From an uncultured bacterium (GTDB lineage: Bacteria > Verrucomicrobiota > Lentisphaeria > Victivallales > UBA1829): DNA of 24,501 nt. Of this stretch, positions 9,415 to 19,117 are shown piece after piece; position 1 is the stretch's first letter, and each line of letters opens with the position of its first letter. The translations under genes and the position numbers were made by a program. The stretch lies in NCBI GenBank assembly GCA_900549045.1, contig URNE01000001.1:1-24501 (forward strand), read 5' to 3'. Below the pieces are notes generated by a model. It had not been told where the DNA came from, ran no database searches, and was given only the letters and a program-made list of their open reading frames with translations.

Positions 9415-9975
9415 TCATTTCTGACGGAGGTAGAGGAATTTTGCCCCGCCGAAGTTGCGGATTGTCTCGAGCTGCCAGTTGGATGGGGGGGGCTGAAGAC
9501 CGCCCTTGTTCTCCGCCATTTCCCAAATGAGAAGCGCTTTGGCGGACCAGCGGTTGAAATCGGGATCGGCGAGAAGCTTTGCGAGAAGCTCCGCGGATTC
9601 CGCATAGGGCGGATCGGCAAAGATCAGATCGGGCTGCGGGTGAACCGCCAGACGCTTGCAGATGTTCGGAAGCGCGGCGTTGAAAATTTCAAAAACGGCG
9701 GTTGGTGCAACGCTCTCCGCTTTTGCGCAGTTGGCTTTTACCGCATTGCATGAGGATTTCGAGGAATCCACAAAGAGAACGGAAGCGGCGCCGCGGCTGG
9801 CGGCTTCCAGACCGATCGCGCCCGTTCCGGCGAACAGGTCGGCGACGGTCATGCCGTCCAGCGTTCCGAGACTCGCAAAGAGGGCTTCGCGGGCGCGGAC
9901 CGCTGTCGGCCGCGCGGTGAGCCCCGACGGTGCGCGCAGGGGCATTCCGCGCAGTTTTCCGGAAACAATTTCCAT
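9415..9975 (-). CDS. rsmD: 16S rRNA (guanine966-N2)-methyltransferase RsmD family
   Basis: MEIVSGKLRG, RPT..RAREALF, DLFAGTGAIGLEAASRGA, IFADPPY. Confidence 0.92.
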   Translation of the reverse strand: MEIVSGKLRGMPLRAPSGLTARPTAVRAREALFASLGTLDGMTVADLFAGTGAIGLEAASRGAASVLFVDSSKSSCNAVKANCAKAESVAPTAVFEIFNAALPNICKRLAVHPQPDLIFADPPYAESAELLAKLLADPDFNRWSAKALLIWEMAENKGGLQPPPSNWQLETIRNFGGAKFLYLRQK

Positions 9976-9984
9976 TTCAGCAAA

Positions 9985-11529
<1,545 letters not shown>

Positions 11530-11563
11530 GTAAGTCTTCCAGATTTAAAATTTTTAAGGCAAT

Positions 11564-11591
11564 AATATACATCGGAAACGCGAAAATGCAA
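11564..11591 (-). promoter_or_regulatory. Probable sigma70-type promoter for guaA-rsmD
   Basis: On the minus strand: TTGCAT (11591-11586), 16 nt, TATATT (11569-11564), ~35 nt upstream of the guaA ATG, in an AT-rich intergenic region. Confidence 0.5.
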
Positions 11592-11619
11592 AGGAAGTTA
11601 TGATTTTTTTGCAATCCTC

Positions 11620-11648
11620 TTGACAATTCGCGTTTAAGGCGATATAAT
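11620..11648 (+). promoter_or_regulatory. Consensus sigma70 promoter for the kinase operon
   Basis: Perfect TTGACA (11620-11625), 17 nt, TATAAT (11643-11648); RBS AGGAG at 11674-11678 and ATG at 11688. Confidence 0.9.
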
Positions 11649-11687
11649 ACAGGCTTATACTGAACTTTATAACAGGAGCCTCTAGCC

Positions 11688-14021
11688 ATGCGTTTTCAGT
11701 GTCCATACTGCAAAGAAATTCTCTCCGTGGACAATGCGGAAATGGGAGCAAAAGTCCAATGCGGCAAGTGTCAGCAGATTGTGACGGTGCCGGCTTCCAG
11801 GACATCCCCCGGGGCGGTGATTGCGGACTTCATCATTGAAAAAGAGCTCGGGCGCGGGGGGATGGGCGTCGTTTATCTCTCGCATCAGATCTCGCTCGAC
11901 CGTTCGGCCGCTCTCAAGGTCCTTGCGGAAAATTACGCGCAGAACTCAGAGTTCGTCATCAGTTTCATCAAGGAGGCGCGCGCCGCCGCACGCCTGAATC
12001 ATCCACATATCGTGCAGGCGTACGCCGTGGGCGAGGACGACGGAATCTACTATTTCGCCATGGAGAACGTCGACGGGCAGACCATGAAGGAGATTCTGGA
12101 GAAGAACCGGGTGATCCCCGTCGACCAGGCGCTCCAGATCGTTCAGCAGGTCGCGGAAGCGCTCGATTACGCGTGGAAGGAACAGCGTCTGATTCACCGT
12201 GACATCAAGCCGGACAACATCATGCTCACGAACACCGGGAAAGCGAAACTCGCCGATCTCGGTCTCGCCCGTCACGCCGGAGAAAAGGATTCTCTGGACA
12301 GCGAAGAGGAGGTTATGGGAACTCCGCAGTACATCAGCCCCGAGCATCTGACCGGAGCGCCGATGGACATCCGCAGCGACATTTACAGTCTCGGTGCAAC
12401 CTTCTACCATTTTGTGACCGGCCATTTCCCGTTCAACGGTTCCAGCGTCACGGAGATCGCGAAGAAGCACCTGACCGATACGCTGGTTCCGCCGAACCAG
12501 GTGAAGAAATCGATTCCGCAGGCGGTTTCCGATGTGATTGTCAAGATGATGGCGCGCAATCCGAACGACCGTTTCCAGGACGCGGAGGAGCTTGTGGAAA
12601 CTCTGCGCGACATCCGCAAGAACAAGCTTGCGGAAAATTCCGCTTCGAATTCAGTTTCCGCGCCGATCCCGCGTCTGAATCTTCAGAAGTCTGCTTCCGT
12701 TCCGGTCCCGAAACTGAACATTCCGGGGAGTGTGCCGAAACTGAACATTCCCGCATCCGGAACTCCCGCTCCGGGCGGCGTTCCGAATCTGAAGCTTTCG
12801 ACGCCTGTGCAGAAAACGGAGGGAAAGAAAGCGGAAGAGGAACCGAAGCCGGAAGAGACACCGTCCGCTCCGAAAAAGACGGTTTCGCGGAAGGTCGTCG
12901 TACGGATCATTGCGGCGCTTGTTGTGCTTGGACTCGCGGGCGCGGGAACCTGGTTTGTGCTTTCCGGAAACTTTGAAAAAGTCAAGAATTCCGTGATGAA
13001 GAAGGTGAAAGAGATTTCCGGGCCGAAGCCGGAGCCCGCTCCGGATGCCGCCCCGGCGGAGCAGAAGCCGGAACCGCGGGAATCGGCTCTGATCGAAGAG
13101 GCGGACAAGATTCTGAAGCAGGCGGAGGAAAACCCCTCCGCAATGGAAAAGACCATGTCGCTTTGCGACAGCTTCCTTGCGCGTTTCAAGGATCCGAAAG
13201 AGGATGAGAAGGCGAAATTCGTCGCGGTGGAGACTCTTGCCGGACAGGTTCGCGAAAAGCTTGCCGCCGCGAAGGAAGCCGCCGCAAAGGCCGCGGAGGA
13301 GAAGCGCAAAGCCGATGAGGAACGTCGTCGCCGAGAAGCCGAAGCCCGCCGTCAGAGAGAGGAAGCCGAACGCAAGCGGAAAGCCGAAGAGGAGACCATA
13401 CGGAAATACAAAAATTTTGCCAACTGGGTAAAAGGCGAAAAGGTGAAAAAGATTGTTTCCATGGTTCATTCGGGCGGCATCGACGCGGCGAAACGTGAAG
13501 CTCAGGGGCTTATTGACGAGCCGAAGCGGAATCAGAACAAGCCCGCGCAGATTGTGCGCGAGGCGAAGAACCTTGCCGGTTACGGCTGGTGGCTGAAAAG
13601 CAAAATCGAGAACGCGGAGCGCATCGAAAAGCTGCTGATGAATTCGACCGGGAGCGAACTGAACCGTCCGCAGGTGATCATCAAGGACAATCTGAGCGAA
13701 CTCGTTTCCATAAAGAACGGTGTTATGACGGTTGAGAGCTTCGGGAAATCTGCCGAGGTCCCGGTGAAGGAACTGAAACCGCGTCAGAAAGCGGATCTTG
13801 TCGCCCGTATTGCACGGAAGAACCAGAAGTATTTCAAAGACGCCGTTGTCTGGCTGATTTTCAACGAATCGTACGAAAACGCCGCGAGGCTCTTGTGGGA
13901 CCGCAAAGATGGCGATTGCAGAAATTTTGTCAATACGGTTCTGGAGATGAAGATCCGCGCCGCCGGAAACAACAAGGCGGAAAAAGAGAGACTGCAGAAG
14001 GATAAAGATCTTTTCAAATAA
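11688..14021 (+). CDS. Membrane-anchored Hanks-type Ser/Thr protein kinase with N-terminal zinc ribbon
   Basis: CPYC...CGKC zinc ribbon; [42 protein letters not shown]; Pro-rich linker; one TM helix ([19 protein letters not shown]); charged helical C-terminal region. Confidence 0.93.
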   Translation: MRFQCPYCKEILSVDNAEMGAKVQCGKCQQIVTVPASRTSPGAVIADFIIEKELGRGGMGVVYLSHQISLDRSAALKVLAENYAQNSEFVISFIKEARAAARLNHPHIVQAYAVGEDDGIYYFAMENVDGQTMKEILEKNRVIPVDQALQIVQQVAEALDYAWKEQRLIHRDIKPDNIMLTNTGKAKLADLGLARHAGEKDSLDSEEEVMGTPQYISPEHLTGAPMDIRSDIYSLGATFYHFVTGHFPFNGSSVTEIAKKHLTDTLVPPNQVKKSIPQAVSDVIVKMMARNPNDRFQDAEELVETLRDIRKNKLAENSASNSVSAPIPRLNLQKSASVPVPKLNIPGSVPKLNIPASGTPAPGGVPNLKLSTPVQKTEGKKAEEEPKPEETPSAPKKTVSRKVVVRIIAALVVLGLAGAGTWFVLSGNFEKVKNSVMKKVKEISGPKPEPAPDAAPAEQKPEPRESALIEEADKILKQAEENPSAMEKTMSLCDSFLARFKDPKEDEKAKFVAVETLAGQVREKLAAAKEAAAKAAEEKRKADEERRRREAEARRQREEAERKRKAEEETIRKYKNFANWVKGEKVKKIVSMVHSGGIDAAKREAQGLIDEPKRNQNKPAQIVREAKNLAGYGWWLKSKIENAERIEKLLMNSTGSELNRPQVIIKDNLSELVSIKNGVMTVESFGKSAEVPVKELKPRQKADLVARIARKNQKYFKDAVVWLIFNESYENAARLLWDRKDGDCRNFVNTVLEMKIRAAGNNKAEKERLQKDKDLFK
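12708..12751 (+). repeat. 17-bp direct repeat CCGAAACTGAACATTCC (x2, 27-nt period) encoding PKLNIP
   Basis: Exact copies at 12708-12724 and 12735-12751, inside the kinase linker. Confidence 0.85.
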
Positions 14022-14055
14022 GACGGGCGACCGTCCAACAACAGGAGTGTCAACA

Positions 14056-14550
14056 ATGGATTCTGAAAAATGCCCATGCTGTTCCGGGAAACTCTATTCG
14101 GAGTGCTGTGAACCGATCATCAAGGGACTCGTCAAGGCGGAAACCCCGGAAGCGCTGATGCGCTCCAGATATGCCGCATATGCCAAAGCGGAAATTGATC
14201 ATCTGATTTCCTCCACCGCCCCCTCCCAGCGTGAAAGCATTGACCGCGAGGAGATGCGCAGCTGGGCGGAACGTTCCCAGTGGCTCGGACTCGAAATCAT
14301 CAGCGCCCCGGCGCCCGAAGCCGGCGACAAGACCGGATTCGTCGAATTCATCGCGCGCTACACCGACCGCGACACGCCGCTGGAGCATCATGAACGCGCG
14401 GAATTCCGCAAAATCAACAATGTCTGGTATTTTTACGACGGCAAGCTCGTTCAGCAGAAGCCTTATGTCCGCACGGCTCCGAAGATCGAGCGTAACGCCC
14501 CGTGTCCCTGCGGAAGCGGCAAGAAATACAAAAAGTGCTGCGGCAAATAA
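14056..14550 (+). CDS. ychJ: YchJ family protein with SEC-C motifs
   Basis: [48 protein letters not shown]-terminal [25 protein letters not shown] before ATG 14056. Confidence 0.92.
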   Translation: MDSEKCPCCSGKLYSECCEPIIKGLVKAETPEALMRSRYAAYAKAEIDHLISSTAPSQRESIDREEMRSWAERSQWLGLEIISAPAPEAGDKTGFVEFIARYTDRDTPLEHHERAEFRKINNVWYFYDGKLVQQKPYVRTAPKIERNAPCPCGSGKKYKKCCGK

Positions 14551-14564
14551 CCCGGGAGTGTCTC

Positions 14565-15023
14565 ATGATTCTCGATAAAATGGATCCGGAGGTCGTCGCC
14601 GCTTATTCGCCTGAATTCCAGAAGGCGTTTGCGGCGATCTCCGCACTTGCACCCGATGCGCCGCTCGGCAAATTTGAGATCGACGGCGACCGCATTTACG
14701 GCAATGTCATGGAATACGACGCCGTTCTTCCGGAAGCTGAAAAACTGGAAGCTCACCGGAACTATGTCGATATCCAGGCGGTTGTCGCCGGCGTGGAACG
14801 CATGGCGTGGGCGAATATCGACGGGCTCGAAACGGTCGACGAGTACGACGAGGCGAAGGACGTCGCGTTTGTCCGCCCGCCCGCCGTCGGCGTTTCGCAC
14901 ATCGAACTGGTTCCGGGATTGTTCGCCGTCTTCTATCCCGAAGACGGACATTATGGCAAGATCCGGCCGCTGAATGCTCCGGCGGGCAAACTGAAAAAGG
15001 TGGTCGTCAAAGTCAGACTTTGA
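14565..15023 (+). CDS. YhcH/YjgK/YiaL (NanQ/TabA-like) family protein
   Basis: GKFEIDGDRIY, EAHRNYVDIQ, FAVFYPEDGH, KKVVVKV; GGAG before ATG 14565. Confidence 0.9.
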   Translation: MILDKMDPEVVAAYSPEFQKAFAAISALAPDAPLGKFEIDGDRIYGNVMEYDAVLPEAEKLEAHRNYVDIQAVVAGVERMAWANIDGLETVDEYDEAKDVAFVRPPAVGVSHIELVPGLFAVFYPEDGHYGKIRPLNAPAGKLKKVVVKVRL

Positions 15024-15043
15024 TAAGGACAGACGCGTTTTTC

Positions 15044-15955
15044 TCAGAAAACCGGACGCGGCGGGAGCAATCCCAGCTCCGTCCGGATTTTTTTTGTCGA
15101 CGGCACATAGCGCGGTGCGGGGAGCGGCGAGGGCGTGCCGAGAATCCGGATTTCATTCGAGCTTCCGAAGTGCGCGCGGATGCGCCGAGCAAGCTCCAGG
15201 ATGGTGACGGCTTCTTCGGAGCCGATGTTGTACGCTTCGCCGCGCCGTCCGGCGATAAGAAGCGTGAAGAGCCATTCCACAAGGTCGTCGGCGTGCATGT
15301 AGCTGCGGACGGTGCGTCCGTCGCCCTGAATGATGATCGGGCGGTTCTCCTCGCAGTCGCGCAGGAAGTTTCCTGCTGCGTAGTGGATCGTGCGCGGCAG
15401 CCAGGGACCGATGAACGCAAAACAGCGCGCAATGCAGCAGAACACGTTTGAGTCCGCACACATGCGCTCCGCATCGAGCTTCGCAATGCCGTACTCGGTG
15501 ACGGGGCGGCACGGGAACTCTTCGGGCAGGAGCGGAAGACCGGGCGGCTGGGGACCGTATACCGCGCCGGAGCTGGTCAGCAGGAGACGCCCCGCGCCGC
15601 ACTGTTCCGCGAAATCGAGAATGCGGCGCGTGCCTTCCACGACGATGGAGCGCATTTCCCCCGGCGCGAGCGTGGTGACTGCGGGGGTCGCGGCGTGAAT
15701 GACAAAATCGAATCTGCCGTCCGGAAACCGAAAACTGCGGACGTCGCCGTTTTCAAACGAAAGCCCGGAAAGCGTGCAGAGTCCGGGGAAGCGGCTGCGG
15801 AACTCCTCCGCATGACGCGCGAGCACGGTGAAGCTGAGGTTTTCGACGGGGTGACGGGTGAAGTAGTCAAGAATGCTTTTGCCGAAGAATCCGGTTCCTC
15901 CGGAAAGGAAGATGCGCTTTCCGGTCAGCGCGGCGGTGATTTCGGGCTTCAGCAT
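15044..15955 (-). CDS. NAD-dependent epimerase/dehydratase (extended SDR), candidate YerF-like reductase
   Basis: SGGTGFFG, VIHAA, TSSGAVYG, YGIAK (YxxxK), ARCFAFIGP, GDGRTVRSY, AYNIGS. Confidence 0.88.
   Translation of the reverse strand: MLKPEITAALTGKRIFLSGGTGFFGKSILDYFTRHPVENLSFTVLARHAEEFRSRFPGLCTLSGLSFENGDVRSFRFPDGRFDFVIHAATPAVTTLAPGEMRSIVVEGTRRILDFAEQCGAGRLLLTSSGAVYGPQPPGLPLLPEEFPCRPVTEYGIAKLDAERMCADSNVFCCIARCFAFIGPWLPRTIHYAAGNFLRDCEENRPIIIQGDGRTVRSYMHADDLVEWLFTLLIAGRRGEAYNIGSEEAVTILELARRIRAHFGSSNEIRILGTPSPLPAPRYVPSTKKIRTELGLLPPRPVF
15048..15095. terminator. Probable (bidirectional) intrinsic terminator embedded in the 3' end of the SDR gene
   Basis: CCGGACG (15052-15058) pairs with CGTCCGG (15080-15086), with an inner GGGA-GCAA-TCCC hairpin. 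T8 at 15088-15095 follows on +; A4 at 15048-15051 gives a U4 tail on -. Confidence 0.65.
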
Positions 15956-15956
15956 G

Positions 15957-16895
15957 TCACTTGTCGAAGTTGATCCGCTCTTCCTCGATGACGAGCGGCT
16001 TGTTTTTGACCTGCGTCCAGACGGCGCCGAGGTATTCGCCGATCAGCCCGATGAAAAAGAGCTGAACCGCAAAGAAGAAGAACATTCCGACCACGAGCGG
16101 AGCGAGCCCGAGCTGGAAGGTGTCCCACCAGATGAGTTTTGCAAGCAGATAGCCGAATGCGACCAGCAGACTTCCGGTTCCGAGCAGGAGCCCTGCGAAG
16201 ACGGCGAGCCGCAGGGGGAGCCTGGTGTGGTTGACAAGCCCGGTCATAGCCATGTCGTAAAGCGTGAAGAAGTTGTTGTGGGTGCGTCCGCTTTTGCGCT
16301 TTTCCTGAACGAAAGGAACTTCCACGCGGCGGAGGCCGATTTCGCTGACGAGGCCGCGGAAATAGGGGTACGGGTCGTGAAACTTGCCGAGGGCGTCGAG
16401 AAACGCGCGGTCGTAGAGTCCGAATCCGGTGAAACGCGGGATGATGTGTTCATCGGGAGCGACGGATGCGAGGAGCCTGTAGTAGAGCCTGCGGAAGAAT
16501 TCGAGCATGAAACCCGCCTTTGTTCCGCTGCGGACGCCGCAGACGACTTTCGCGCCGTTCTCCCACTCGCGGATAAACTGTTCGAGGACCTCCGGGGGCT
16601 CCTGGAGATCGGTGCACATGCTGACAGCCGCATCGCCGGAGGCGTTCAGAAGCGCGTTGAACGGGGAGCGGATATGACCGAAATTATTGGCGTTCAGAAT
16701 GACTTTGAACTTCGGGTCGCGCGCGGCAAGCGTGCGGAGAACGTCGCGCGTGTTGTCGGTGGAGCAGTTGTCGGCAAAGACGAATTCATAATCGTGCTGC
16801 GGGAATTTTTTCAGAACCGCGAGACAGCGCGTGTAGAGTTCCTCAATGTTTCCCGCTTCGTTGTAGCAGCTTCCGGTGATGCTGATTTTTTTCAT
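15957..16895 (-). CDS. GT2 polyprenyl-phosphate glycosyltransferase, GtrB/DPM-like
   Basis: CYNEAGN, ADNCSTDNT, NFG, DLQEPP, PYFRGLV, two C-terminal TM helices ending GLIGEYLG; ATGA overlap with the upstream gene. Confidence 0.9.
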   Translation of the reverse strand: MKKISITGSCYNEAGNIEELYTRCLAVLKKFPQHDYEFVFADNCSTDNTRDVLRTLAARDPKFKVILNANNFGHIRSPFNALLNASGDAAVSMCTDLQEPPEVLEQFIREWENGAKVVCGVRSGTKAGFMLEFFRRLYYRLLASVAPDEHIIPRFTGFGLYDRAFLDALGKFHDPYPYFRGLVSEIGLRRVEVPFVQEKRKSGRTHNNFFTLYDMAMTGLVNHTRLPLRLAVFAGLLLGTGSLLVAFGYLLAKLIWWDTFQLGLAPLVVGMFFFFAVQLFFIGLIGEYLGAVWTQVKNKPLVIEEERINFDK

Positions 16896-18682
16896 TTTTC
16901 CTCCACGGTCGGAATGATCATGTTCGCTTTGAACTCTTCACGCGGCAGGAACGGCGCAAGGTCTTCAAGCGGACGCGAAACGAGGCGTCCGTCGGGCAGA
17001 CGCGCGGAAGATGCTTTGGGGCCGAGTTTTTCCAGCGGATCGGTCATGACTTCGCAGAAGACGGGGCCTTCCTGTGCGAGAATTTCCGGGAGCCGCGCTT
17101 CCGCCTCCGCATTGTTCCGCAGAAGGTATGTGCGGAAGCCGTATGCCTCTGCGAGCTTGCGCATGTCGGGCAGATGCACGCCGGATTCGGGGGTCGAACC
17201 GACATAGTGTCCGCTGAAGAACGCGTTCTGCGTCAGCTTGATGGAGAGATAGCCGTTGTTGTTGTACATGAAAATCTTGACCGGATACGCGTTGCTCAGA
17301 ATGGTCTGCAGTTCCTGGAGGTTCATCTGGATGCTGCCGTCTCCGGTGATGCAGATGATTTCGCGTCCGGGCGCCGCCGCGGCGGCGCCGATGGCGGCGG
17401 GAAGGTCGTAGCCCATCGAGGCGCAGGCGACGTTTGCGATGACGCGGTCGCCGTCGCGGACCGGCAGCGCCTGGAAGGTGCTTGTGTAGGCGGTCCCGTT
17501 TCCGGTGACGACGATGCTTTCCGGTTTCATGAACCGGGCGAGCAGTTCGGGGAAGGCGTAGGAACTGACGTAATCGGTGCGTTTGCGGTGTTCGGGCAGG
17601 ACGGCGGGGTATTTGGCGCGCAGATTGCGGCAGAAGCCGAGCCATGCGGTTTTCTCCGGAATCGGCGCGGTTTCCACGGCGCGGAGAAAGTCTCCCGCAT
17701 CGGCGTGAATTTTGAGGTCAACACGGAAAGTCGGTTTGGAAAGTTCGGCGGAATCGGCGTCGACCATGATCCGGTAAGCGGCGCGGGCGAGATTCCTGTA
17801 GTCGTATCCGATGACGCGCAGGTTCATGCGGGTTCCGAGAACGAGAAGGCAGTCCGCGTTCTGAAGAATGAAGTTCGCAGCTCTTGCGCCCATCACGCCG
17901 GGGCGTCCGAAGAACTGCGGAGAGTCGGAGGAGAGCAGGTCGATTCCGGAAATCGCGGTGAGTACGGGAATGTTCCAGCGTTCCGCGACTGAACGGAAGA
18001 GTTCGCGCGCTCCGGCGGAGATGACGCCCGAACCCGCGATGATGACGGGGCGTTCCGCCGTGCGGAGTTTTGCGAGCGCCGCAATGACGTCGGCCGGGTT
18101 GAGTTCCGGAAGCGGGTCCTCCGAGGAGTCGTACCCCGCGAGCGTTTCGGGTTCGATCTGCGCCGCCTGAACGTCAAGCGGAATGTCGAGCCAGACGGGA
18201 CCGGGGCGTCCGGTCATGGCGAGGCAGCAGGCGCGTTCGAGGTGATAGCGAATTTCCTCCGGTTTTTTCACAGCGACGGCGTATTTCGTGATTGGGCGGA
18301 CGATGTCGGTGATGTTGAGTTCCTGATCGCCGAGCTGACGCAGTTTGAGTTCCGGACAGGAGCTGATCATGGTTTCGGTTTTGATTTGTCCGGAGATGAC
18401 GATCATCGGGATGGAATCAAGCCAGGCTCCGGCGACTCCGGTGATGGCGTTGGTTCCGCCGGGGCCGCTGGTGACGCTGACCGCGGCGGGGATTCCGGCG
18501 ACGCGGGCGTATGCCTCCGCCGCGATCGCGCACGCCTGTTCATGCAGACAGCAGAGGCGGCTGATGCGCGGTTCCGCGCCGAGTGCATCGTTCAGGTGCA
18601 TTGCTCCGCCGCCGGTAATGAAGAACGCCTGACGGAGCCCCCAGTCCGCCAAAGTCCGGAAGATGTAATCGCTCAGCCTCAT
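16892..18682 (-). CDS. Thiamine-diphosphate-dependent enzyme, acetolactate-synthase-like (YerE-like)
   Basis: Catalytic LHEQ, VTSGPGGTNA, GRPGPVWLDIPLDVQ, ASMGYDLPAAIGA, ThDP motif GDGS...NNNGY. Context is CDP-sugar genes, with no ilvN/ilvC. Confidence 0.9.
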   Translation of the reverse strand: MRLSDYIFRTLADWGLRQAFFITGGGAMHLNDALGAEPRISRLCCLHEQACAIAAEAYARVAGIPAAVSVTSGPGGTNAITGVAGAWLDSIPMIVISGQIKTETMISSCPELKLRQLGDQELNITDIVRPITKYAVAVKKPEEIRYHLERACCLAMTGRPGPVWLDIPLDVQAAQIEPETLAGYDSSEDPLPELNPADVIAALAKLRTAERPVIIAGSGVISAGARELFRSVAERWNIPVLTAISGIDLLSSDSPQFFGRPGVMGARAANFILQNADCLLVLGTRMNLRVIGYDYRNLARAAYRIMVDADSAELSKPTFRVDLKIHADAGDFLRAVETAPIPEKTAWLGFCRNLRAKYPAVLPEHRKRTDYVSSYAFPELLARFMKPESIVVTGNGTAYTSTFQALPVRDGDRVIANVACASMGYDLPAAIGAAAAAPGREIICITGDGSIQMNLQELQTILSNAYPVKIFMYNNNGYLSIKLTQNAFFSGHYVGSTPESGVHLPDMRKLAEAYGFRTYLLRNNAEAEARLPEILAQEGPVFCEVMTDPLEKLGPKASSARLPDGRLVSRPLEDLAPFLPREEFKANMIIPTVEEK

Positions 18683-18688
18683 CCGATG

Positions 18689-19108
18689 TTATTCTCCGAT
18701 GATTTTTATGAGGACGCGCTTGATGCGGCATCCGTCGAATTCCGCGTAATAGATGCGTTCCCACGGGCCGAAATCAAGTTTGCCGTCGGTGACGGCGACG
18801 ACGACTTCGCGTCCCATGACCTGACGTTTCAGGTGGGCGTCGCCGTTGTCCTCGCCGGTGCGGTTGTGGTTGTAACGGGAGAGCGGTTCGTGCGGGGCGA
18901 GCTGCTCGAGCCAGTTGTCGTAATCCTGAATCAGTCCGGATTCGTGGTCGTTGATGTAGACCGAAGCGGTGATGTGCATGGCGTTGCAGAGGAGGAGTCC
19001 CTCCTTGATGCCCGATTCGCGGAGCGCCGCGACGACTTCCTCGGTGACGTCGATGTAGGCGCGGCGGGATTTGACATTGAAAATCAGTTCTTTGCGGTAG
19101 GATTTCAT
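18689..19108 (-). CDS. yjbQ: YjbQ family (UPF0047), secondary thiamine-phosphate synthase-like
   Basis: [36 protein letters not shown]; 139 aa. Confidence 0.92.
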   Translation of the reverse strand: MKSYRKELIFNVKSRRAYIDVTEEVVAALRESGIKEGLLLCNAMHITASVYINDHESGLIQDYDNWLEQLAPHEPLSRYNHNRTGEDNGDAHLKRQVMGREVVVAVTDGKLDFGPWERIYYAEFDGCRIKRVLIKIIGE

Positions 19109-19117
19109 GAGTGCGCC

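Noticed and set aside
9485..9492. G8 tract in rsmD as a phase-variation site
   Set aside because: Short, in frame (encodes a Pro run) and in a housekeeping gene.
11530..11563. Purine riboswitch upstream of guaA (or of purT)
   Set aside because: The guaA leader is only ~30 nt and AT-rich with no aptamer structure; the purT upstream region is cut off by the window.
13261..13395. Low-complexity GAA/GCC-rich stretch as a DNA repeat array or CRISPR
   Set aside because: It is the coding sequence of an E/R/K/A helix; there is no repeat-spacer structure.
16892..18682. Calling the ThDP enzyme ilvB (branched-chain amino acid synthesis)
   Set aside because: No regulatory subunit or ilvC/ilvD nearby; it is embedded in and coupled to CDP-sugar genes.
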